Notes under the pieces: generated by a model
What the model was told of the DNA's origin: nothing
The model's database searches: none
Seen by the model: only the letters and a program-made list of their open reading frames with translations
Shown: piece after piece, positions 8,942 to 17,653 of the stretch
How the letters are laid out: each line of letters begins with the position of its first letter
How positions within the stretch are numbered: position 1 is the first letter of the stretch
NCBI RefSeq assembly: GCF_000012285.1
Contig: NC_007181.1
Span: 810,001 to 842,000, forward strand
Length of the DNA stretch: 32,000 nucleotides
DNA from: Sulfolobus acidocaldarius DSM 639
GTDB lineage: Archaea; Thermoproteota; Thermoprotei_A; Sulfolobales; Sulfolobaceae
Reading direction: 5' to 3'
Made by a program: the position numbers and the translations under genes

Positions 8942-9370
8942 ATGGAACTATTGAAGCTACTGATCGTGGGACTGACAGCTGCGTCTCCGGTGGGTGAACT
9001 ACTTGTTGCTTATCCCATTGGTTTAGCTATTGGACTAGATCCATTAATAGCCATAATAACGTGCTCCGCGTTTAATCTTTTACCGATACCTATACTTCTA
9101 AGTTTTGCTGAGTATATCTCTAATAGATTTCCCAAGTTCTTTAACTGGATTGCTAGTAAGGGTAAGACATATGAGAAGTACATTAAGTCATTTGGAATTA
9201 CCATCTTTCTGTTGTTAACCCCTATAATAGGCGTTTACGCAACTTCAATTTTCATGTTCCTAATAGGATTTAAGAAAAGAATTGCCTTTCTCGTGCAGGC
9301 TTTATCAATATGCATTTACTCAGTTATATTATATTTAGCCAGTTTAGGATTTCTCTCTATTAGGTTTTAA
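8942..9370 (+). CDS. Small polytopic membrane protein, resembles the 'putative small multidrug export' (Sm_multidrug_ex) family
   Basis: 142 aa with about 4 hydrophobic segments. AYPIGLAIGLDPLIAIITCSAFNLLPIPILLSF resembles the conserved core of that family as I remember it. A TATA-like CAGTATATGTTTTT lies about 30 nt upstream. Confidence 0.5.
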   Translation: MELLKLLIVGLTAASPVGELLVAYPIGLAIGLDPLIAIITCSAFNLLPIPILLSFAEYISNRFPKFFNWIASKGKTYEKYIKSFGITIFLLLTPIIGVYATSIFMFLIGFKKRIAFLVQALSICIYSVILYLASLGFLSIRF

Positions 9371-9406
9371 TACAAGTTTAAATAAGTAGGACGTAGAAGA
9401 TTTTTC

Positions 9407-11452
9407 ATGCGACTAAAGGAACACCATGAGATCATAAGTGGCAATTCAAGATATATTGACGATTTAGTCTTTAACAATATGGTCTACCTTGGTGTGGTAA
9501 GGTCCACGTATGCAAGAGGGATTATTAAGGGAATCACAGAGCCCTCAGGGGTGGAATTATTTCTTACTCAGGATAGGGTGAAATCATTTATTCCTGCCAG
9601 ACCTGATAGAAGGGCTAAGAATATAGTGAAAATGCCCGTTCTGGCAAATGGTGTGGTTAACTTTGTAGGTCAGCCAATAATCGCCTTTGTGGTAAAGGAC
9701 AGGTATGAGATCGAGGACAAGATTGAAGAGGTTTCCATAGATTACGACCCGCTGACTCCCGTTTTGTCTATAGAAGACGCATTGAGAAACGAGGTGAAAA
9801 TTCATCCCGATGGAAATATTGCTTTAGACACTGAAATTGCGGGAGGAGATGTAGAACAGAAATTGAATGCTGATGTTGTTATCGAGAGGGAATTAAACCA
9901 GGACAGATTAGTAGCTAATCCCATGGAACCTAAAGGCTTAATTGCATACTATGACGGAAGCACTCTCAATCTCATAGGTAGTTTCCAGTCATCCTTTAGA
10001 GTGAAAAGTGATTTACAGGAGGCGATTGGTTTACAGCCTGAGAACATTGTTGTGAGGTCAGCTCCTAACGTGGGTGGTGGATTCGGAAACAAGGTTCCTG
10101 CACACGCAGAATATGTTTTAGCCTCAATTGCTTCAATCATTCTTAAAAAACCTGTTAAATGGATAGAGACTAGGAGGGATCATTTAACAAATCCCACTCA
10201 AGGCAGAGGAGTCAAATCTAAAGTCAGACTCTATGGGAAAAGAGACGGTACAATACTGGGATTTGAAGGAGAGATAGCTGTGGATCTTGGAGCGTATGCG
10301 TATTCAATAAATACCACCACTCCATCATTTATTGCAGGTCTCATAGGCAATGTTTACAGGACTAGATTCTCCAAATTTAGAGCTCTGGCTGTCTATACGA
10401 ATAAACCTCCTACAGGTCCCTATAGGGGAGCTGGTAGACCAGAAGCTGTATTAATTACTGAGACTCTCATTGAAGAGTTTGCTGAAAAAATAGGGAAGGA
10501 TTCTATAGAAATCAGGGAGATGAACTTGATAGAGGGTAATTACACTACGCCTTTAGGTTATAAAATTGACAAGGCAGGATATAAGGAACTATTTCTCAAG
10601 GGAAAGGAGACCTATAATATGGTCAAAAATAAATATAAGGACAAGGGAGTAGCTCTAGTATTTTTCTCAACTGTAGTGAGGGACTCCCCTGGTGAGGGCG
10701 CTAAAGTTAGAGTAGGAAAGGGAAAAGTAGAGATTTTTGTTGGGACTGGTCCACATGGTCAAGCTCATAAAACTACGTTTTCGATTTTAGCCTCAGAGAC
10801 TTTAGGTATTTCGCCAGACGTGATTGAGGTGAAAGTTAACGATACTCTATCTTTGAAGGAGGGAGTTGGTAGCTTTGGAAGTAGGTCTGCCTCGGCTGGG
10901 GGACTGGCTGTGATAAGGGCGTGCAAAGAATTACTTTCTGATCTAAAGAAAAGGAATATGAGTTTGAACGACGCAATCAATTCAGAGGGTTATACAGAGT
11001 ACGAGGTATTTGCGAAGGCTGAAGATATCTACTCTCCCGGTGTTCACATTGCAGTTGTAGACTTTGACAGAGAAATATGTAAGCCAAAAGTTCTTGAGTA
11101 CTACGCTATAGACGATGTTGGTAGGGCTATAATTCCTAGTGAGGTTGAAGGTCAGATAGTTGGTGGAATTCTACAAGGTTTATCGCAGATATATCTAGAG
11201 GGGGCACCTTTCGACGAAAACGGTAATCCTGTATATTCATCCATAGCTGAAGCAGGAGTCCCTACGTCACTTGATGCCGACTATAAGGTGTTCCTGGAAG
11301 TAATTGAAACCCCAACAGTTTACGATAGTAAGGCAAGAGGAGTAGGGGAAGAGGGGACCACTGGAGCCTTAGCCAGCGTATTTATAGCTCTTGAAAAGTT
11401 ATTGAAAAAAAGATTTAATGGTACTCCTATATCGTTCTCAGACCTATGTTAA
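9407..11452 (+). CDS. CoxL/CutL/xanthine-dehydrogenase-family molybdopterin-binding large subunit (form-II-like, substrate unknown)
   Basis: 681 aa. Motifs are VGGGFGNKV (Mo-cofactor region), [11 protein letters not shown] (AYRGAGR-type active-site loop rather than the VAYRCSFR of true CO dehydrogenases) and [12 protein letters not shown] (catalytic Glu block). Confidence 0.9.
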   Translation: MRLKEHHEIISGNSRYIDDLVFNNMVYLGVVRSTYARGIIKGITEPSGVELFLTQDRVKSFIPARPDRRAKNIVKMPVLANGVVNFVGQPIIAFVVKDRYEIEDKIEEVSIDYDPLTPVLSIEDALRNEVKIHPDGNIALDTEIAGGDVEQKLNADVVIERELNQDRLVANPMEPKGLIAYYDGSTLNLIGSFQSSFRVKSDLQEAIGLQPENIVVRSAPNVGGGFGNKVPAHAEYVLASIASIILKKPVKWIETRRDHLTNPTQGRGVKSKVRLYGKRDGTILGFEGEIAVDLGAYAYSINTTTPSFIAGLIGNVYRTRFSKFRALAVYTNKPPTGPYRGAGRPEAVLITETLIEEFAEKIGKDSIEIREMNLIEGNYTTPLGYKIDKAGYKELFLKGKETYNMVKNKYKDKGVALVFFSTVVRDSPGEGAKVRVGKGKVEIFVGTGPHGQAHKTTFSILASETLGISPDVIEVKVNDTLSLKEGVGSFGSRSASAGGLAVIRACKELLSDLKKRNMSLNDAINSEGYTEYEVFAKAEDIYSPGVHIAVVDFDREICKPKVLEYYAIDDVGRAIIPSEVEGQIVGGILQGLSQIYLEGAPFDENGNPVYSSIAEAGVPTSLDADYKVFLEVIETPTVYDSKARGVGEEGTTGALASVFIALEKLLKKRFNGTPISFSDLC

Positions 11453-11514
11453 AATTTCAAATTAAAAATTTAAAATATTCCAGTATGATTAAAGTATGAG
11501 TTTTTTATTTTAAT

Positions 11515-11533
11515 AAAAAATATATATAATGGT
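11515..11533 (+). promoter_or_regulatory. TATA-like box for a leaderless transcript starting near 11550
   Basis: In AAAAAATATATATAATGG, the TATATATA core (11521-11528) is centred about 27 nt upstream of the ATG at 11552. Confidence 0.4.
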
Positions 11534-11551
11534 AAAGTTTTATCATTATTT

Positions 11552-11704
11552 ATGCCTAGGAAAACATATACTGTCAGAAAAACGTTTACTTGCACTTCAG
11601 GATATGGTCTGTACGAATGTGAGGGTGATAAGTGTAAATTAGTTGCCTGTGTCAACAGTGAACCATTGGCGTCCCCCTTAAATTATGATATTTTTTCCTT
11701 ATGA
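11552..11704 (+). CDS. Unannotated small ORF, 50 codons, four cysteines (hypothetical)
   Basis: My own translation is MPRKTYTVRKTFTCTSGYGLYECEGDKCKLVACVNSEPLASPLNYDIFSL*. It falls below the track's length cut-off. It has an ATG start with correctly spaced TATA box, locally higher GC than the flanks, and the same strand as the flanking CoxL and XdhC genes. Confidence 0.3.
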   Translation: MPRKTYTVRKTFTCTSGYGLYECEGDKCKLVACVNSEPLASPLNYDIFSL

Positions 11705-11802
11705 TACGGCTAGTATTTTGAGAACAATCATAATTGATAATTAAGTTGCATATCTAGAGATTGGTATTAATATTTTTATTGTTAGAGAGCAAACTTTATA
11801 GT

Positions 11803-12612
11803 ATGAGTTCATGTGAGATCTTCCCTTTAATGGCAAAACTTGGAGCAGAAGGAAAACGTTTTGCTCTGGTAAGTATTTTTAAACAAGACAAGGTGGAGAG
11901 AACAATATTTGTTGATGGGAAACCGTTACTTGGTAACCTACCTACCGAAATAAGTGAACTTGCCAACGAGTCTTTAGAGAAGTATGTTAAAGTGGATGTG
12001 AACACTAATTATGGCAGAGTGGTGATTGAGCCCATTGAACCTAGACCAGGAGTAATAATAGTTGGATCAGGAATGATTGCCAAGTCTTTGGCTAAGTTAG
12101 GGAGTGCTATGGGCTATTATGTCGCTGTAGTTGGTAATGGTGATTTGCCTGAGAAGGAATTTGAGTCATTCACCTCATTTATTTCAAATCAAATAGAGAC
12201 ATTGGAACAGATAGTTGACAGTAATTCAATGGTTATTGTTGCAAATGAGGGAGGAAAACCATACGACGCTTATGCTACATACATTGCCCTTAAAAAAGGT
12301 GCCAAATATGTAGGTGTTTTATCTAGCGCGAAAAGAGGTGCATTGATAATAGCAGAGATAATAAAAAGAGGATTAAAAGTGGAGGACTTTAAGGATAGGC
12401 TATATGCACCTGTAGGGATTGATATTGGCTCAAAAACCGCAGAGGAAATCGCATTAAGCATTCTAGCAGAAATCATGTTAGTACTACGCGGTGGAAGTCT
12501 TAAGCACTTGAGAGAAGTCAAGAATCCATATAAATTCGTTGATGACGCTTTACAGGGTAAAATTGAAGATAAATGTTTCTTCATACCCAAGGCACTAAGT
12601 GAACAGGGATGA
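11803..12612 (+). CDS. xdhC: XdhC/CoxI-family molybdenum-cofactor insertion/maturation chaperone
   Basis: The N-terminal XdhC_CoxI-like segment (FPLMAKLGAEGKRFALVSIF) plus the Rossmann-type VIIVGSGMIAKSLAKLG ... VGIDIG... fit the family. I prefer ATG 11803 over the track's TTG at 11761. Confidence 0.8.
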   Translation: MSSCEIFPLMAKLGAEGKRFALVSIFKQDKVERTIFVDGKPLLGNLPTEISELANESLEKYVKVDVNTNYGRVVIEPIEPRPGVIIVGSGMIAKSLAKLGSAMGYYVAVVGNGDLPEKEFESFTSFISNQIETLEQIVDSNSMVIVANEGGKPYDAYATYIALKKGAKYVGVLSSAKRGALIIAEIIKRGLKVEDFKDRLYAPVGIDIGSKTAEEIALSILAEIMLVLRGGSLKHLREVKNPYKFVDDALQGKIEDKCFFIPKALSEQG

Positions 12613-12950
12613 TAGATGAGATATTAAATGAAATTAAGGAAAAGGTGAGGAATAAGACAGGTAAGGAGCTATCTGCAGTAAAAGCGTCATTTAGGATAAA
12701 CAATAAGAATAAAGTGGTAGAAACAAAAGGACATACAATCTACATAAATCCTATTTTTATAGAAGGATTTCAAGGTGACCCTTATAAAATAAGGGACTGC
12801 GTTTCAAGTGTGCTTTTAGTAGAATATTTACGTTTATTAGGTTTTGATGATAACGAGATACTAGATTATGTGAAGAATAATGAAACAGAAATTATTAGTT
12901 ATGTGCAAAAATTATGTAAACCAAAATGGAGTGTCATGTATTACATTTAA
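12609..12950 (+). CDS. Hypothetical protein (113 aa), translationally coupled to xdhC
   Basis: An ATGA start/stop overlap with xdhC. No motif was recognised. Confidence 0.55.
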   Translation: MIDEILNEIKEKVRNKTGKELSAVKASFRINNKNKVVETKGHTIYINPIFIEGFQGDPYKIRDCVSSVLLVEYLRLLGFDDNEILDYVKNNETEIISYVQKLCKPKWSVMYYI

Positions 12951-13075
12951 ATTTCTGCTTGCGTACTACGTGATAATAACTTTTCTCCCCAGAATATATA
13001 GCTGATCTAGTGTTGTTTACCTCTAAAATAAAATTCAAACTTACTAGATGATTATGCTGATATAGCGTTTTGACT

Positions 13076-14089
13076 TTATAAAACCTTTAACCCGTTTCCT
13101 GTGAGTACTAAGACAGAATTTTCGTCATCTTTTCTTAAGGACGCATAAACTGTAGCGGAACTATATTCAACAAGTAAGCCTATCTTAGTAAGCTCCTTCC
13201 ACGCTTCCGTTATTTGGTTATCATCTACTACTCTGCACTCACCATAATTCTGTAACACATCTGTCATTTCCTGTAATAGTGCTGGATTAGTGGAGACTAA
13301 CGCGTCTGCTATTGAAGTCACTTTGGCTGGTGGTGCATAGCTTAAATTGTTAAGTTTAGCGCAAACTGGCATGACTTGTTTGGTCTGGACAGCTACTATG
13401 GTAGGAATCTTTTCTATGACACCACTTTCCATGAGATGTTTGAAACCAGAGTAGACTCCCATTAAGAGTGTACCAGCAGAGACCGGTATGAATACTTTCT
13501 CAGGAATTTTCCAATTTAAATCCCTGACTATTTCATAAGCTAGACTCCTGATTCCATCTCTGAAATGGGGCTGAAATACGTGGGAGGCATAATAATATCC
13601 TGATTTTTCTGCTGCCTTAGTTACGTCATCTCTTGTTCCGCTCACTTTCATCAATTTTGCTCCATAAGCTTCTATCTGTTTAACCTTATTTCCCCTGGCT
13701 GTCTCAGGGACAAAAATAGTTACATTCATGCCTGCAGCCTTTCCGTAAGCTGCAATTGATGCTCCTGCATTTCCTGAGGAGTCCTCTGCTATATCCTTTA
13801 TTCCATTAGAAGCCAAGTAAGAGATTAGCGTGACACTTCCTCTGTCCTTATAGGAGCCTGTAGGGTTTAAGAAATCTAGTTTGAACCAGACTTTTCCCCT
13901 TCTAATAAGTGGAGTATTGCCTTCTCCTAAAGTTACCCATTCCCTTATGTAGGGGAAGTTATCCTTGAGATTTTCCTTTCTGAACTCAAAATCAATCTCT
14001 ACCTCAAATACTCCACCGCATTTTTTACATTTTATTTCATGTAAACTTTCTCTTTCCTTTCCACACCTTGAGCATTTAATATTTACCAT
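13076..14089 (-). CDS. thrC: Threonine synthase (PLP fold-type II) with N-terminal zinc ribbon
   Basis: CSRCGKE...CKKCGG forms the zinc ribbon. [11 protein letters not shown] is the PLP-lysine motif, and the GNAG loop ([10 protein letters not shown]) is present. I prefer ATG 14089 over the track's TTG at 14113. Confidence 0.85.
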   Translation of the reverse strand: MVNIKCSRCGKERESLHEIKCKKCGGVFEVEIDFEFRKENLKDNFPYIREWVTLGEGNTPLIRRGKVWFKLDFLNPTGSYKDRGSVTLISYLASNGIKDIAEDSSGNAGASIAAYGKAAGMNVTIFVPETARGNKVKQIEAYGAKLMKVSGTRDDVTKAAEKSGYYYASHVFQPHFRDGIRSLAYEIVRDLNWKIPEKVFIPVSAGTLLMGVYSGFKHLMESGVIEKIPTIVAVQTKQVMPVCAKLNNLSYAPPAKVTSIADALVSTNPALLQEMTDVLQNYGECRVVDDNQITEAWKELTKIGLLVEYSSATVYASLRKDDENSVLVLTGNGLKVL

Positions 14090-14165
14090 GTTAATAACTA
14101 GATTTCTTACCAACTTAAATTCGCCTCAAATAGTTTTAATAGGATTGAAGGCGTAAATTCTTCCT
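14090..14165. promoter_or_regulatory. Divergent promoter region (thrC / htrA-like)
   Basis: CTTAAATT (about 14113-14120) lies about 27 nt from the minus-strand ATG at 14089. AAATAGTTTTAATAGG (14128-14143) lies about 29 nt upstream of the + strand ATG at 14166. Confidence 0.4.
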
Positions 14166-15059
14166 ATGGATTTCTCGGCAGTTGTAGACGATGTATCAAA
14201 ATCTGTTGTTACCATTCTGACTAAGCAAATAACTTTAGATGATTTTCTTCAACCCTCAGTTGCACAAGGACTTGGATCAGGATTTTCCATAGGTAAAGGT
14301 CTCATAGTGACATCTTACCATGTTATTGGTCAGGCTAGTAGTAGTATGATAGTTACGAGAGATGGTTTCAGGGGCGAGGCTGAAATTATTGCCGTAAACC
14401 CATTCAACGACCTAGCCCTCATAAAGACTGACCTTGACTTAAAACCTCTGAAACTAACTGATGACGTAAAGGTAGGTCAAGGCGTTTTGGCAGTAGGAAG
14501 CCCCTTGGGGCTAGATAGTACAACATTTGGTATAGTTAGTAGTGTGGATAGGACTATTCAGTCACCAATTGGAAGTAGCTTGTATGTTATACAAACTGAT
14601 GCTGCAGTAAATCCTGGGAATAGTGGGGGTCCTCTGGTCAACACCAAGGGAGAGGTAGTTGGAGTTATAACTGCTATGATACCATATGCTCAGGGAATAG
14701 GATTTGCAATACCTTCTAGACTTGTAATGAGTTTCATCGAAAATATAAAGAAAAACGGGAGGTATGTTAGACCCTACATTGGTGTTAGGATAATAAAGTT
14801 GAATAGAGCTATGGCAGTCTATTTTAATTTGCCTGTAGATGAGGGAGTAATAGTAATAGACGTTGATCCAAGAAGTCCTGCCTATCAGGCTGGAATTAGG
14901 AGAGGAGATGTAATTTACGAGATAAATAGTAAGAAGGTAAAGAGCCAGTTGGATATTATTGCCGGTATCGAGGAGAAGGGATTAGATCAAGTAGAACTGG
15001 GAGTTTATAGGGGGAAAAATAAGCTTAAAATGAGCATTGAACCTATGGAACTCTCATGA
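14166..15059 (+). CDS. HtrA/DegP-like trypsin-fold serine protease with one PDZ domain
   Basis: Catalytic triad context is TSYHVIG (His), NDLALIK (Asp) and GNSGGPL (Ser). The C-terminal PDZ is GVIVIDVDPRSPAYQAGIRRGDVIYEINSKKV. No N-terminal signal or TM segment is visible. Confidence 0.85.
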   Translation: MDFSAVVDDVSKSVVTILTKQITLDDFLQPSVAQGLGSGFSIGKGLIVTSYHVIGQASSSMIVTRDGFRGEAEIIAVNPFNDLALIKTDLDLKPLKLTDDVKVGQGVLAVGSPLGLDSTTFGIVSSVDRTIQSPIGSSLYVIQTDAAVNPGNSGGPLVNTKGEVVGVITAMIPYAQGIGFAIPSRLVMSFIENIKKNGRYVRPYIGVRIIKLNRAMAVYFNLPVDEGVIVIDVDPRSPAYQAGIRRGDVIYEINSKKVKSQLDIIAGIEEKGLDQVELGVYRGKNKLKMSIEPMELS

Positions 15060-15119
15060 ACCGAATTCATGGTGGGATTTCCTAAAGATTTTTATATCCT
15101 TTATTTTATTAGAGGTTTG

Positions 15120-15740
15120 ATGCGCAAATATTATTATTGGATTTTATTACTTCTATTTCTAATTCTTTCAATATACATTAAACTAATTGGGGGAGAGCAG
15201 AACATAGGGTTTAACGTAGAATTGTTCAAACTCATTAACTACAATCAAATAGCTACACTTAATGGTCTCATGGTGTTCTTAAGTAAATACGGTAGAGAGT
15301 ATGTCTGGATTCCAGTTACTGCATTACTACTCATATTCAAGAGGACTAGAAAAATTGGAATCACACTGGTAATATCCTTTGTAATCGCTATAGTTTTAGG
15401 GGAAGTAAGTAAATATGTCATGGCACAATTGAGACCATTTAATTTTGTAAACCCAACATATCTCCTTGAACCTAAGCCTACAGATTACAGTTATCCATCA
15501 GGACACGCTCTAATAGTTAGTACAGGTGCAGTCACACTACTCCTAACATCCCCAAAATGGATGTGGATACTTGGTATAATAGAAGCAGTACTTGTTTCTT
15601 ATTCTAGAGTTTATGTGGGAGTGCATTGGCCATTAGACGTAATTGCAGGTTGGCTATTGGGCAGTTGGATATCATTTTTATCTGTTCAAATAGAAAGTAC
15701 AGGACCTATAAAGAAAATTGAGCAAATGCTGAAAGCATAA
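15120..15740 (+). CDS. PAP2-superfamily (type 2 phosphatidic acid / polyprenyl-diphosphate) phosphatase, membrane protein
   Basis: The three PAP2 motifs are present: [14 protein letters not shown] and [13 protein letters not shown]. There are multiple TM segments. I prefer ATG 15120, with TATA-like GATTTTTATATCC about 27 nt upstream. ATG 15069, 9 nt after the htrA-like stop, is an alternative. Confidence 0.8.
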   Translation: MRKYYYWILLLLFLILSIYIKLIGGEQNIGFNVELFKLINYNQIATLNGLMVFLSKYGREYVWIPVTALLLIFKRTRKIGITLVISFVIAIVLGEVSKYVMAQLRPFNFVNPTYLLEPKPTDYSYPSGHALIVSTGAVTLLLTSPKWMWILGIIEAVLVSYSRVYVGVHWPLDVIAGWLLGSWISFLSVQIESTGPIKKIEQMLKA

Positions 15741-15820
15741 GCCCATGTAAAAGTCAAAGAAAATGCTTCTTTCTTCTTCCAACACTCTGATTTCTGTTTT
15801 AGACAGTAACCATGTTAAAA

Positions 15821-16270
15821 TTATGTTGCTTTTCTCCTACCTCTTATAACACCTAAGACAATTAGTACAATTCCTATAACTCCTAATGCTATAGGTAGTA
15901 AGCCACCTATTATGGCTACTGCAAATACTACTGTAAAAGATCCATAGACTAGGGTATAGTTGATTGTGGCGTTCACGCTATTGTTATTGTAGAACATTAT
16001 GGGTTCTGGTCCACTTTTTACAATTGCTATCACATTAGATTGCTCAGTGGCATTTGATGGTATAGTTACCTTCACCGGAGGGGTGGCAGAATAGTAAACA
16101 GATACAAAAAGGTTCTGCGGATATGTTAAATTAAACTCGTTTCCAGGTAAAACAACTACTTTCCCCTGTTGTGTTGTAGTTAAGCTGGAAAATAGTAGTC
16201 CTGGTACTAGTAGATACGTTACGATAGCTAGTATTATTATCCCTATTCCTATAACAGTATATCTATGCAT
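15821..16270 (-). CDS. Small bitopic membrane protein with sequon-rich extracytoplasmic domain (hypothetical)
   Basis: It has an N-terminal hydrophobic anchor (VIGIGIIILAIVTYLLV). The central segment of about 90 aa carries five N-x-S/T sequons (NLT, NAT, NNS, NAT, NYT). A C-terminal double-length hydrophobic segment is followed by the basic tail RGRRKAT. I prefer ATG 16270 over TTG 16291. Confidence 0.55.
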   Translation of the reverse strand: MHRYTVIGIGIIILAIVTYLLVPGLLFSSLTTTQQGKVVVLPGNEFNLTYPQNLFVSVYYSATPPVKVTIPSNATEQSNVIAIVKSGPEPIMFYNNNSVNATINYTLVYGSFTVVFAVAIIGGLLPIALGVIGIVLIVLGVIRGRRKAT

Positions 16271-16479
16271 GATAGAATTTAGACATAACAATTATTTAAG
16301 TCATTTATGAGTATAGGTCTAAAAAATGAAGCCTTCATGATTTATTTAAAAATATTTTACAAATAATTTTCTCCCCTCCTGTTACGTTATTTTATCAACT
16401 CTACCCTCAGATTGGTAATTTTTGGACCACTAAATGAATAAACATAAATACACGATATTCTTTAGTATCATTGTGCAAA

Positions 16480-17391
16480 ATGACAATCAAGGTTATAAAT
16501 ATTTCGAAAAAATATGGTAAGATTACAGCCTTACAAGACGTTTCCTTTGAGGTAAGAGATGGAGAAATTGTGGGATACGTAGGTTTAAACGGTGCTGGTA
16601 AGACAACGACCATTGAGATTATATCAGGTGTGAGGTCTCCTGACCAAGGAGATGTGGAAATTGATGGACATAGTATCGTAAAGGAAAAGAGGGTTGCCTC
16701 AAAAAATTTAGGATGGGTTCCCGAATTACCCATTTTTGAGCAGGATGCAAAAGCTTTAGATTACTTCATTTACTTAGCAGGGTTTTACGGTATTAGTACT
16801 GAAGATGCAAGGAAAAAGGCGCAGGAATTGTTTAGCATGGTAGGGTTAGAGGGGAGGGAAAAGGATAAATTGAAGAATTACTCCCAGGGTATGAAAAAGA
16901 GGTTTGCTCTTGCCGTGTCTATGTTATCAGATCCTAAGAACTTTTTATTTGATGAAGTCTTAAATGGTCTTGACCCACAGGGTATTGCATTTTTTAGAGA
17001 TTTAGCCATACGTTTTAAGAAAGAAGGAAAAGGTGTTCTATTCTCATCCCATATATTAACCGAAATAGAGAATATAGCAGATAGGGTTATTTTTATTCAT
17101 AAAGGCAGGATAATGAAAGAGATGAGAATAGATGAAATTAGAAATTATGCGGGCTCAAGTACTGTCAGGGTCGTATTACAGAAACCTAACGAGACTGTAA
17201 TAAAGGTAGTTGAAAAGTATGGTATACCTAGAATGGAAGGAAACACGCTGTATATATCTGATTTCAAGGGAGACATGCAGAATCTGTTTTCTGATCTAGC
17301 ACCTTACGGGGTTAATGAAATTGGAAAGGTAAGCAATAACTTGGAAGAGATATTCTTTAAGATAATAGGTCTTTATAATCAAGGAACTTAA
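16480..17391 (+). CDS. ABC transporter ATP-binding protein (ABC-2/DrrA-CcmA-like subfamily)
   Basis: Walker A is GLNGAGKTTT, the signature is YSQGMKKR, Walker B is LFDEVLNGLD, and the H-loop is SSHIL. There is an extra C-terminal domain of about 80 aa. I prefer ATG 16480. Confidence 0.9.
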   Translation: MTIKVINISKKYGKITALQDVSFEVRDGEIVGYVGLNGAGKTTTIEIISGVRSPDQGDVEIDGHSIVKEKRVASKNLGWVPELPIFEQDAKALDYFIYLAGFYGISTEDARKKAQELFSMVGLEGREKDKLKNYSQGMKKRFALAVSMLSDPKNFLFDEVLNGLDPQGIAFFRDLAIRFKKEGKGVLFSSHILTEIENIADRVIFIHKGRIMKEMRIDEIRNYAGSSTVRVVLQKPNETVIKVVEKYGIPRMEGNTLYISDFKGDMQNLFSDLAPYGVNEIGKVSNNLEEIFFKIIGLYNQGT

Positions 17392-17653
17392 AAAGGTAGA
17401 AAGTAATCCTGAATATTTTTAAAATGTCAATATTTTATAAACAATTCAGGTTAAAGAATAGATTGAAATGAAGAATTTTCTTCATATAAAATTAAGTAAA
17501 ATAGTTTCATCTTCAAACATTTATCCCTTATAACTTCACATGAAGGGGATTCTTGCAACCTCAAAAATTTCGTTTTTTGAAATCTAACATCGTAGTAAAT
17601 TCGTCGAAAAAAATTAAAACTATTAATTTAAGCTTGGGAGACAAGTAAAAAGT

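Noticed and set aside
11470-11655. A 61-aa minus-strand ORF in the coxL-xdhC spacer.
   Set aside because: The translation is low-complexity and its 3' half runs through poly-A/T promoter-like DNA. The plus-strand 50-codon ORF with a correctly spaced TATA box explains the GC-richer core better.
12951-13075. Box-like elements (GTGATAA, CTGA, GATGAT, CTGA) in the convergent spacer between the 113-aa ORF and thrC.
   Set aside because: The spacings (about 34 nt and about 4 nt) are incompatible with a C/D-box sRNA. The C box has a mismatch in its core.
17468-17485. The inverted repeat ATGAAGAA-TT-TTCTTCAT in the spacer upstream of the aminotransferase. A similar AGAAATT-AA-AATTTCT lies at 29730-29745, and GATTA-N8-TAATC lies nearby in the dpp/hypothetical divergent spacer.
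   Set aside because: By rough estimate, 6-8 bp arms are expected several times by chance in 32 kb of AT-rich sequence. No shared motif recurs across promoters that I could see.
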